The notes below the pieces were generated by a model. That model ran no database searches, had not been told where the DNA came from, and saw only the letters and a list, made by a program, of their open reading frames with translations. Shown here piece after piece: positions 20,004-28,735 of a stretch of 49,955 bases of DNA. The stretch's first letter is position 1. Each line of letters starts with the position of its first letter. The position numbers and the translations under genes were made by a program. This DNA is from Promethearchaeota archaeon (GTDB lineage Archaea > Asgardarchaeota > Lokiarchaeia > Sigyniarchaeales > SOKP01). The stretch is from assembly GCA_048938005.1 (NCBI GenBank), contig JBHLMQ010000020.1:1-49955 (forward strand). Direction: 5' to 3'.

Positions 20004-21428
20004 TTGTCAGATACTGTTTTAAAAAAGCTTTTTCAAGTGTTTGTAAATAAACTTGAGTATGATCCTTCTGAATACCTAGTTTCAAGTGAGGAACAAGAAC
20101 TTTCTAATTTTCAGAAAGAAGTGATTGAGAAAGCAACTACAATTATGAAAGATAATATTGTAGGGGAAGTTAAATCATTTGGAGGTAATTTAAAAGTAAA
20201 TGGGGAAAAATTTAAAGAACTTGAGAATAGAGCAAATGAGGAACTAGAAAATGAAGAATACGAAGATATAAAAAAAGAATTAAAGAATTACATTAAAAAA
20301 TTAAAGGAAGCAATCGAAAAAGTATGTGTAGCTATAATTCCTGTAAAAGAGATGCCTTGGGTTGATGTTTTATTTCGAACGGTTCCGCGCATAACTTTCG
20401 ACAAAAAAATAGAGCTACTGGATAATGCTATTGCCTATTATGGAGAAGTTAAGTGTATTATTTCACGCCCTACTATTTTTGGGAAGATGAAAAATGAGAA
20501 ACCTTTATTTGCCCCAATAATGGGAACTATCGACTTAGGCGGCTATAAACTCGATGAATCGCAGAAGGCTCCTAAATCTCAAATATATTCTTACATCAGC
20601 GCTATAATCAATTCGTTTGATTCTACAATTACAAGAAATCATCTTGCGAAATACCATGAAGCATATCAGAGACACGGTGATCCAATCTGTGATTTTTTAA
20701 TGAAAGATAATGAGTTAATAAATTCAATGGAACGAATTATTTCAAGTATCGAATCTAATCGATTTACTCAAGATATTTCGGTCTATAGCATTGCGATACC
20801 ACACGCTTCAGATAAATCTACTTTAGTATTAGTCACAGACGAAGGAAAAGATCCTGAAAAATATTCAAGGTGTTTTGAAGCTCTTTTAAGATTTTCTGCT
20901 GAATGTTGTAATGTCCCAACTCAACAACCTCAAGTTCCTGGGCAAATAGCCCCTCCACAGCCTAGCACAATTAGAACCACCGGAGGCCAAGAACTCAAAA
21001 CTTGGACTGCCGAAGAATTAGCTGAGGAAGCACAAAAAAGAATGACATCTCAGCCAGATATACCTTCTTGGTCAGAGGAAGATTTAGCTAAATTCGCAGC
21101 GGAGCGAGGAACAGGAATACCAGAAGGAATGGAGGTCTGGACTGAAGAAGAATTGCAGGAATTAGCAAAGAAGAGACAAGGGGGTTTAGACATACCAGAA
21201 TGGAAATTAGATGAAAGTATGAAAGAATGTGTAAAATGTGGGTATAGCTTGAGACCTGGGTGGAGTCGGTGTCCTGTTTGTGAAACTCCAGTAGATGCTA
21301 AGGTAGAACCAGAACCAATTGAGAAAATAACTCCCGAACCGAGCGGAGAATCAGAGGAACAGCCCAGTGAGAAAAAAGAAGAAATATCTTCAGAGGATCT
21401 AAAGGAAGAAAAGGAGGATCAAGAATAA
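20004..21428 (+). CDS. Hypothetical protein with W-x-x-E-E/D-L repeats, zinc ribbon and acidic tail
   Basis: 474 aa; WTAEEL/WSEEDL/WTEEEL repeats; CVKC-x10-CPVC. Confidence 0.75.
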   Translation: MSDTVLKKLFQVFVNKLEYDPSEYLVSSEEQELSNFQKEVIEKATTIMKDNIVGEVKSFGGNLKVNGEKFKELENRANEELENEEYEDIKKELKNYIKKLKEAIEKVCVAIIPVKEMPWVDVLFRTVPRITFDKKIELLDNAIAYYGEVKCIISRPTIFGKMKNEKPLFAPIMGTIDLGGYKLDESQKAPKSQIYSYISAIINSFDSTITRNHLAKYHEAYQRHGDPICDFLMKDNELINSMERIISSIESNRFTQDISVYSIAIPHASDKSTLVLVTDEGKDPEKYSRCFEALLRFSAECCNVPTQQPQVPGQIAPPQPSTIRTTGGQELKTWTAEELAEEAQKRMTSQPDIPSWSEEDLAKFAAERGTGIPEGMEVWTEEELQELAKKRQGGLDIPEWKLDESMKECVKCGYSLRPGWSRCPVCETPVDAKVEPEPIEKITPEPSGESEEQPSEKKEEISSEDLKEEKEDQE

Positions 21429-21595
21429 ATAATCCAATTTTTAAGGTTTTATTTTTAGGTTCCTTTATAAATAACAAAAGAGTGATTCTCTTAAACCAAA
21501 AACTTTAAAAGTAAACAATATCATCAAGATTCCAAACTTTTTTTAAGTTATTTTTATTTTCAAACTTATAGCAATTAAGTATTTTGGATATATAA

Positions 21596-22594
21596 TTGTT
21601 ACAAAATATCTTTTTATTTAAAGGAAAGAAATTCCAAGATTTAGAAGATCTTAATATTTATAGCTATCCTAATGAAATTATTAGTATTAATGATAAAATA
21701 CTTGTTAATAAGATTATAAAAGAACACGATAAAGATGATATTATCCTCCATACTAATTCAAATCATTTTTTAATTGATGAACCTATTGCTCAATATATCA
21801 ATGATTTAAATTTATACACTGCTTGTATTAATGGAAAAATTATCCTTGGTTTAATTTTTGATAATGATGATAATCCTTATGACTATAAGGAAATATTTAA
21901 AGAATTATTAAATGAACTTTTGAATAATGGGAATGGATATTCATTTGATGAGGAAATGGAAGTAGATAATTTATTAATTTCTATGTTTATTGATATTCGA
22001 AGGTTTGGCGATGAAGTAATCGAAAAATCTCCAGAAATTGAATATTACTATCAAACTGAAACATTTTTCAAAGTCTTTTTATTCGGAATTGATGAAGTCG
22101 GAAAATCAAGTTTAGTTAGAAGATTAAAAACCGGGGAGTTTAACGAAAATTTTTTTACTCCAACTCGCAAATTTAATATTGAATATCTTCCGGTGAAAGA
22201 AGAAGGGTTGTTAGCTGTATGGGATATGCCTGGACAAAAAGCTTTTAGGTCGAAATGGTTGATAGGACTTCAAGATTCTAATGTTATTGTATATATGATT
22301 GATATTGCTAACCAAAGAAGATTCGAGGAATCAAAAAGCGAGTTTTGGAACGTGTTAAATAATGAAGAATTGGATGGAATACCGTTGTTAATATTAGGTA
22401 ATAAAATTGATTTAATCAAATACTCTAAAGAAGATTATAACACACAACTTCAGCACTTAAAAAAAGAACTCTTCGAATATTATAAATTTAAAAATATAAA
22501 AAATCGAAAATGGAATTTCTTATTTACATCAGTAAAAACTAATTTTAATATTGATGATGTAATTCCCGCGGTTTTCGATTTGATCTCTTCTTAA
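21596..22594 (+). CDS. Ras-superfamily (Arf-like) small GTPase with N-terminal longin-like domain
   Basis: G1 GIDEVGKSS, G2 PT, G3 WDMPGQ, G4 NKID, G5 TSVK; ~150 aa alpha/beta N-terminal domain (longin assignment is inferred). Confidence 0.85.
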   Translation: MLQNIFLFKGKKFQDLEDLNIYSYPNEIISINDKILVNKIIKEHDKDDIILHTNSNHFLIDEPIAQYINDLNLYTACINGKIILGLIFDNDDNPYDYKEIFKELLNELLNNGNGYSFDEEMEVDNLLISMFIDIRRFGDEVIEKSPEIEYYYQTETFFKVFLFGIDEVGKSSLVRRLKTGEFNENFFTPTRKFNIEYLPVKEEGLLAVWDMPGQKAFRSKWLIGLQDSNVIVYMIDIANQRRFEESKSEFWNVLNNEELDGIPLLILGNKIDLIKYSKEDYNTQLQHLKKELFEYYKFKNIKNRKWNFLFTSVKTNFNIDDVIPAVFDLISS

Positions 22595-22757
22595 TGTGCT
22601 ATTTTAATAGGATTTTTAAAATTTAAAATTCTCACTTTTAGTAAATCTAGAGTTTTCACTTATTAAACATTAAATTTAAATATCTAGCCATTTAAATTTC
22701 TATTATATGAATTAAAAACATAATATTTCTCTTTATATATTAAATTAGGGATAAATA

Positions 22758-23345
22758 ATGTCTAAAAGGCTCAAAAAAGAACTGCAAATTATGATTGAAG
22801 AGAAATTAGGGCAACTATTTTTCGGTGATAAAAAAAAAGATTTACGCTTGCTTATGTTAAGACCCATTGACTTAATTGAATTTTCAGAATTTGCTGGGAC
22901 TAACGCAGATGATATCCTTATTTGGGTCGGGAAAACTCTTGGGAGATCTTATTTGGAAAAGTTTTTTCATAACAAAGATTGGAGTACTGAAACTATGGCT
23001 ACAAGAAAAGAAGTTATCCTTGGCAATCTTGAAGCCATGGAACTTATGGGATATGGAGAATTAACAGGGGCGTTTAAAAAAGATTCTATTTTAATTAGTG
23101 TAGCAGAATCAATGGCATCAGAAGAAAAAGATAATATTATGGCAAAAAACTTATGTTTACTTTATCAAGGGATTTTTGGTGGTATGTTTGAGACCTTACT
23201 AATCGATGTTGAAGTTGAGGAAATCGAGTGTGTTTTATTAGGGCATGAAAGATGCGTGTTTAGATTTGAACTCCTCGGAGGAGAATTAGAAGAAGATCTT
23301 GTGGATTCCGAAGAAGTAGTTTCTGAATTTTTATCCAAACTTTAA
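22758..23345 (+). CDS. V4R-domain protein (H-NOX/Bet3-related fold)
   Basis: WVGKTLG, MGYG, CLLYQGIFGG, EEIECVLLGHERCVF (V4R Cys/Glu pattern). Confidence 0.8.
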   Translation: MSKRLKKELQIMIEEKLGQLFFGDKKKDLRLLMLRPIDLIEFSEFAGTNADDILIWVGKTLGRSYLEKFFHNKDWSTETMATRKEVILGNLEAMELMGYGELTGAFKKDSILISVAESMASEEKDNIMAKNLCLLYQGIFGGMFETLLIDVEVEEIECVLLGHERCVFRFELLGGELEEDLVDSEEVVSEFLSKL

Positions 23346-23360
23346 TTTTTGCTTCAGTTT

Positions 23361-24260
23361 TTAGGTTTTTTTCTTTGGAAACCAAGGTATTAATTTTGAA
23401 ACATGTTTTTGATATATAACATAATCCGGTTTCCTTTTCAAATTTCTCCTTTCCATTATAGGAATACTAAGAATGTTAAAAAGGATAGTAATGGAAATTG
23501 GACCAATTATAACCCAATAATATGACACATCAGAAGCTAATGCAAATATGTATAATCCCCACCAGAATAATATTTCTCCAAAATAATTAGGATGCCGTGA
23601 ATATTTCCATAAACCCGTAGTTATGTTTTGTTCATGACTTTGCCGAGTTTTAATGAAGTTATACAATTGTTGATCGGCTATAGTTTCTATAAGAATTGCG
23701 GTTGCTGTAATAAATATTGCTAAAATATCAACAACCCAAATTGGTTTCATTCTCAGAGATATTGCTGGGTATAGTGACATTGAACCTAAATAAACTTGAA
23801 TTGTTGGCATTAAATGTAATCCTATAAGATTGGTAAGCCAAAATATTTTCCCCTTTTTTTCCCTATACATCGTATACCTCCAATCCTCATGTTTTAATCC
23901 CCGCCATTGCCTTAACCAGTTAAATGTTAATCTTATTGACCAAATAAATACGAGGATAAACACAATAATGAAACGATAATTGGTTATACTACTTGTACGA
24001 GGGAAAAGTAAATAATATAATGCTATTAATAAAGGGACTAAACTCCAATATGGATCATATAAGCTTGTATTTTTCAAAATTGTGCTAATTGTAAATATCA
24101 CGATTGTAGCCACGATATCTGCAAATAGTATCATTAATAGCGGATGTAAAAAATTAAACATCACTCCGATTACAATAGATATGAAAAAGGTAAAAACATA
24201 GGATACTATTACATAAATATAAGCCTTAAATTTATTATTGATATTGAAAGATTCTCTCAT
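23361..24260 (-). CDS. DUF1295 / steroid 5-alpha-reductase-like membrane protein
   Basis: NTSLYDPYW, WSIRL, EDWRY, ETIADQQL, GLWKYSRHPNYFGE..WWG. Confidence 0.88.
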   Translation of the reverse strand: MRESFNINNKFKAYIYVIVSYVFTFFISIVIGVMFNFLHPLLMILFADIVATIVIFTISTILKNTSLYDPYWSLVPLLIALYYLLFPRTSSITNYRFIIVFILVFIWSIRLTFNWLRQWRGLKHEDWRYTMYREKKGKIFWLTNLIGLHLMPTIQVYLGSMSLYPAISLRMKPIWVVDILAIFITATAILIETIADQQLYNFIKTRQSHEQNITTGLWKYSRHPNYFGEILFWWGLYIFALASDVSYYWVIIGPISITILFNILSIPIMERRNLKRKPDYVIYQKHVSKLIPWFPKKKT

Positions 24261-24342
24261 ATTTTATTCACATATCTCTATATTTTTTTAATGCCTCTGA
24301 GAAAACCTTTGAGCATAATATTTATTAAAGTTTTTTAAATTT

Positions 24343-24358
24343 GTGTGAAGTTTCACAC
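24343..24358. promoter_or_regulatory. Palindrome between the divergent DUF1295 gene and cdhA; candidate operator
   Basis: GTGTGAA-GT-TTCACAC: perfect 7-bp arms in an otherwise AT-rich spacer. Confidence 0.4.
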
Positions 24359-24540
24359 TTTTTTTGTTTAATCTATATTCAATTTTGAGTTTTTGAATAT
24401 AAACATTAACTTTTAAATCTCTAAATGTCTCTTAATTGTAGAAATACATTTCTAAAATAAATTTAAAATACACTCAAAGATAAAATTACTTATTATTCTA
24501 ACTAATAATAAAAATAAATTATAATTGATGTGAGAAACCT

Positions 24541-26886
24541 TTGGAAAAGAGAGGAGCAAAAGTAAAAATTGACGAATATAAGGGACCACTCGGTACAATT
24601 AAAGGATTTGAACTAACAACTGGTAAAGTATCATATGGAGATGAGACCGAATGGGAACCAATGGGACCACATCCTATGCCACACATTCCTACATTACGTA
24701 GCTGGTTTTTCAAACTTATGGAAAGATACAAACCTTTTTATATGCCTATCTGTGATATGTGTTGCTTATGTACATACGGGAAATGCAACCTTTCAAAAGG
24801 TAGGACGGGTGCATGCGGAATAAATATGGAAACCCAACAATCTCGAATTGTTGAGATTGCTTGTTGTATAGGAGCTGCTTGTCATAGTGCTCATGGTGAT
24901 CATTTATTACATTGGTTAAAAGAAAAATATGGCAATGTTCCTATTAATTTTGGTACTAATATAGCTGTTGAAATGCCTCACACCAGATTAGTTGTTGGAA
25001 TGAAACCACAAACACTAGAAGATCTGGAGACAGCAATGGAATGGGTTCATTATACAATAACTCACTTACTTGCTGCTGGCCATACTGGACAAGAATCTAA
25101 CTATTTGGATTATGAATCTAAAAGTTTCTTAGCTGGTCTAGCAGATTCAGTTGGTATGGAAATTTCGGATGCTGTTCAAATTGCGGCGTACGGATTTCCT
25201 ATGGGAGATCCTGATGTTCCTATCGTGGAATTAGGAATGGGAACACTTGACACAGAAAAAGCAGTTATTTTGATGATTGGCCATAACGTTGCCCCGGGAG
25301 TAGAATTAGTTGATTATATAAGGGAAAGAGGTATTGAAGATAAAGTTGACGTAGGGGCAATTTGTTGTACTGCCCATGACTTAACCAGATATTATGATGG
25401 AGCCAAAATTGTAGGTTCTATGTCAAGACAGCTTCATGTTATTCGATCAGGTATACCAGATGTTGTTATGGTTGATGAACAATGTGTTAATTTAAGATCT
25501 TTTGAGCAAGCCAAATTAATTGGTGCTCCATATATTGCAACGAATGAAAAAATTATGGGCGGGCTTCCTAATAGAACTGCTGATCCTGTTAATGAGATTG
25601 TCGATGATTTAGTTAGCGGAAAGGAATTAGGAGTACTCATTTTAGATCCAATTAAAGCTGGAGAAGTGGCTGCAGAAACTGCTATAAAAGTAAAACCAAT
25701 TAGAAAAGCAAAAAGTGGAATTCCTGATGAGCAAGGTTGTATTGATATGGCGATGAATTGTAATGGATGTGGCAATTGTCAAAGAAATTGTCCAAACGAT
25801 TTACCCTTAGTGGAAGGAGTGAATTTAGTAAAGGAAGGGGATTTTTCATTATTAGCAAGCGTATTTGATGACTGTTTAGGATGTGGACGATGTGAGGGAG
25901 AGTGTATGAAAAATGTATCTCCTTTAACTTTACTACAGTATGCTGGAAAAGAATATATTCGGAATGAAAAATACAATTGTCGAGCAGGGCGAGGGCCTAT
26001 AATGGATACTGAAATACGCAATGTAGGTGCTCCAATTGTTCTCGGAGAAATCCCAGGAATTGTTGCTATAATTGGATGCGCAAGTTATGCACATGAAATT
26101 CAGGAATTATATAAAATGGCAGAAGAATTCTTAATAAGGAATTACATTGTCGTTGTATCTGGTTGCGGAGCAATGGATATTGGTCTAGTGAAAAATGAGG
26201 AAGGAAAGACTTTATATGATAGATTCCCTGGTGATTTCGATCGAGGAGGTTTAGTAAATGTTGGAAGTTGCGTAAGCAATCCCCATATTACTGGTGCTGC
26301 AATAAAAGTTGCCAATATTTTCGCAAGACGTCCTCTGAGGGGCAATTTCGAAGAAATCGCCGACTATGTTTTAAACCGAGTTGGTGCCGTGGGTGTCGCA
26401 TGGGGCGCGATGTCCCAAAAAGCTGCAAGTATTGCTAGTATGGCGAATGGACTGGGCGTTCCCGCAGTATGTGGACCACACGCTGCAGAATATAGGAGAA
26501 TGTATATTGGGAGATCTGATGATGAGGATATTTGGAAAGTTTTTAACGCTAGGGATGGAACTGCTGATCATCTAGTCGGTCCTGGTCCTGAACATCTATT
26601 AACAACTGCAGAAAGTATTGAACAGGCGATATGTCTTGTTGCTAAATTATGCTTGAGACCTGCAGATAACTCAAAGGGACGAATGATTAAACTATCTCAC
26701 TGGATCGATTTGGAACGTAAATATAAAGGTGTTAAATTCCCAAATGATTTAGAAAAATTCGTCCGTCTTGAAGCAGATATTCCAATTAATTTGAAAGATG
26801 AAATACATGAGTATTTAAAGGAAAAAGGTTGGAAACCAAAAGAAATCATAGATCCAACACTTTTAAAAAGATTATGTCGAACTTAA
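24541..26886 (+). CDS. cdhA: CO dehydrogenase/acetyl-CoA synthase complex subunit alpha
   Basis: WEPMGP.PMP, CDMCCLCTYGKC, GACG, ACHSAH, GHNV, ICCTAHD, DEQC, two CxxCxxCxxxC ferredoxin motifs, GSCVSN.H, AWGAMSQKA. Confidence 0.96.
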   Translation: MEKRGAKVKIDEYKGPLGTIKGFELTTGKVSYGDETEWEPMGPHPMPHIPTLRSWFFKLMERYKPFYMPICDMCCLCTYGKCNLSKGRTGACGINMETQQSRIVEIACCIGAACHSAHGDHLLHWLKEKYGNVPINFGTNIAVEMPHTRLVVGMKPQTLEDLETAMEWVHYTITHLLAAGHTGQESNYLDYESKSFLAGLADSVGMEISDAVQIAAYGFPMGDPDVPIVELGMGTLDTEKAVILMIGHNVAPGVELVDYIRERGIEDKVDVGAICCTAHDLTRYYDGAKIVGSMSRQLHVIRSGIPDVVMVDEQCVNLRSFEQAKLIGAPYIATNEKIMGGLPNRTADPVNEIVDDLVSGKELGVLILDPIKAGEVAAETAIKVKPIRKAKSGIPDEQGCIDMAMNCNGCGNCQRNCPNDLPLVEGVNLVKEGDFSLLASVFDDCLGCGRCEGECMKNVSPLTLLQYAGKEYIRNEKYNCRAGRGPIMDTEIRNVGAPIVLGEIPGIVAIIGCASYAHEIQELYKMAEEFLIRNYIVVVSGCGAMDIGLVKNEEGKTLYDRFPGDFDRGGLVNVGSCVSNPHITGAAIKVANIFARRPLRGNFEEIADYVLNRVGAVGVAWGAMSQKAASIASMANGLGVPAVCGPHAAEYRRMYIGRSDDEDIWKVFNARDGTADHLVGPGPEHLLTTAESIEQAICLVAKLCLRPADNSKGRMIKLSHWIDLERKYKGVKFPNDLEKFVRLEADIPINLKDEIHEYLKEKGWKPKEIIDPTLLKRLCRT

Positions 26887-26892
26887 TTTAAT

Positions 26893-26928
26893 ATTTCTTT
26901 TTTATTTTTCTTTTTTAGATTTTTTTTT
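26893..26928 (+). terminator. Oligo(T) tracts after cdhA, archaeal-type terminator
   Basis: Several runs of T5-T9 immediately downstream of the stop codon. Confidence 0.5.
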
Positions 26929-26941
26929 AAATAGATTAGAT

Positions 26942-28204
26942 CTATTGACAATTTAATTCTGAAGTAAGCCAAGCAATTCTAAACAATTTATCATCTGAAA
27001 TTAATTCTTCTAGTACAGTCTGACTAATCTGATTATAAAAAACAGGTTCCAAAAATTTTAATCCTTCTGAATAAGGTTTTGTCAAATTCCTCTGTAAGAA
27101 AGTATCGTTTCTAATAAGTTCCGCTAAATCGGTGTGTTCATATACTCGGAAGTAAGAATCAATGGTTATTGCTGTAGGTCGATGAGTTTTAAAAAAATCT
27201 ATCATGTTTTTAACAGATTCACGTGATTCATATGGGTAGCCAACCAATGAATTAATTACTAACTCTATCTCGTATTCTTTGCAATAATCAATAATATTCT
27301 TTAAGTCGCGATAACTATAATTATTTAATTCTTGAATTTTTCTATCACTAGTAACATCCATAGAAATACTATAAGCATTAGTTTCATATAGTAATCTAAA
27401 TAATTCTTTATTATAAGGACAAGGCTTCATAAAAAGCTTCCATTTTAAAGGAAGTTTTGCCTCAATCAATGCTTTGCAAAACTCGATTGAAAAGTTTAAA
27501 TCAGAGTTAAACTCATCATCACATAATTGAAAGTGAAGATAACCCTGGTTAACGATATGTTTTAATTCTTCTATAATATTTTGGATTTTTCTGTACAGAG
27601 TTTGCGTACCAGCATTAATGCAATACGGATATTGTCCTAAACATCCTTTATGTGTTTCAAAACCAACAGTTTCGGTGAGAGATAAATACTTTAAGTAATC
27701 AAACTTTTTTCCGCGTAAATGAATTAATTTAATATCAGGACTATATTGCCAACCATCAAAAATTTTTTTTGTTAATTGCTTAGATTGTAATAACTCTAAA
27801 AAAAGAGGAAAAATCGTCTCACCTGGTCCAGTTATTCCAAAATCCCCATCAAGATAATCTAAGATTTCATGTGGCATAGCAGAGAATCCAGAGCCACCAA
27901 GAAGTACGGGAATGTTGCATTTTTTAACACATTGAACCAATTGTTGAATAGAAGGTAAATAGAATTCATTATTAAAATAACCTAAAGAATCTATATTGCG
28001 GATTGAGAAACCTACAAGATCGTACGATTTTTTATTTAGAGTCTTCGCTAAATCTTCTTCTGGTGATTCAGAAAAACATAAATCTAATATATCAATATTA
28101 TGATTTTGTTTCTCTAAAGCAGTAATAAGATATTCTAAACCAATGGGGATTACTGGTGGATTTTTAAATCTATTCGGATTCACTAATAATATATTAAATC
28201 CCAT
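26942..28204 (-). CDS. Cobalamin-binding radical SAM protein with degenerate cluster motif
   Basis: LLVNP..PIGLEY, SIRNID, LGGSGFS, GPGE, DDEFN; the CxxxCxxC position reads CLGQYPYC. Confidence 0.8.
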   Translation of the reverse strand: MGFNILLVNPNRFKNPPVIPIGLEYLITALEKQNHNIDILDLCFSESPEEDLAKTLNKKSYDLVGFSIRNIDSLGYFNNEFYLPSIQQLVQCVKKCNIPVLLGGSGFSAMPHEILDYLDGDFGITGPGETIFPLFLELLQSKQLTKKIFDGWQYSPDIKLIHLRGKKFDYLKYLSLTETVGFETHKGCLGQYPYCINAGTQTLYRKIQNIIEELKHIVNQGYLHFQLCDDEFNSDLNFSIEFCKALIEAKLPLKWKLFMKPCPYNKELFRLLYETNAYSISMDVTSDRKIQELNNYSYRDLKNIIDYCKEYEIELVINSLVGYPYESRESVKNMIDFFKTHRPTAITIDSYFRVYEHTDLAELIRNDTFLQRNLTKPYSEGLKFLEPVFYNQISQTVLEELISDDKLFRIAWLTSELNCQ

Positions 28205-28437
28205 AATTCTTCAATTTTAATGATTTGCTCATTTTAATTAAAAAAAAACTCCTATATTCTATATGAATATTTAATAAAAATAAATCTATGGAAACCATAT
28301 TCAATTTCAAAATTAAGGACGAGATGCTCATTTCTGGAAAATATATCTCCAATTATTTAATTAGAAAAACTAAAAATAAATGTCTTATAGAATATTTTAA
28401 TTAGGATTGAAATTTAATATTAAAGATGTGATATAAT

Positions 28438-28656
28438 TTGGATAAACAAGATAAAGATATTTTAAAACTCTCAAAATTATGTAAACATTGGGCAGATCAC
28501 AATGATACGCATAAGGAGAGTTTTTTAAAATGGCGAAATATTGCTAAAGAGAAGGGTTTAGAATTAGTTACAAGAAACTTAGATAAATCAATTGAAATGT
28601 TGGAAAAATGTAATGAATTTTTGCTTGCAGCGAATAAGGAGTTAGAATTATTGTAA
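28438..28656 (+). CDS. CooJ-like putative nickel-binding helical protein
   Basis: HWADHNDTH matches the H(W/F)x2Hx3H motif described for CooJ; lies 1.55 kb from cdhA. Confidence 0.65.
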   Translation: MDKQDKDILKLSKLCKHWADHNDTHKESFLKWRNIAKEKGLELVTRNLDKSIEMLEKCNEFLLAANKELELL

Positions 28657-28735
28657 GAAATGTGAATTTCCATACGTAAAAAAACCAGCAAAAACAAATG
28701 TTAAATATTCAGAGATTATGTGTGAAGAAATGTCT

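Noticed and set aside
20990-21215. WTEEEL repeats as Myb/SANT domains
   Set aside because: The repeat period of about 23 aa is too short, and the later helices of Myb repeats are absent.
24343-24358. Assignment of the cdhA palindrome to CRP/CooA or Rex
   Set aside because: Spacing is TGTGA-N4-TCACA, two nt shorter than both consensus sites; kept only as an unassigned operator candidate.
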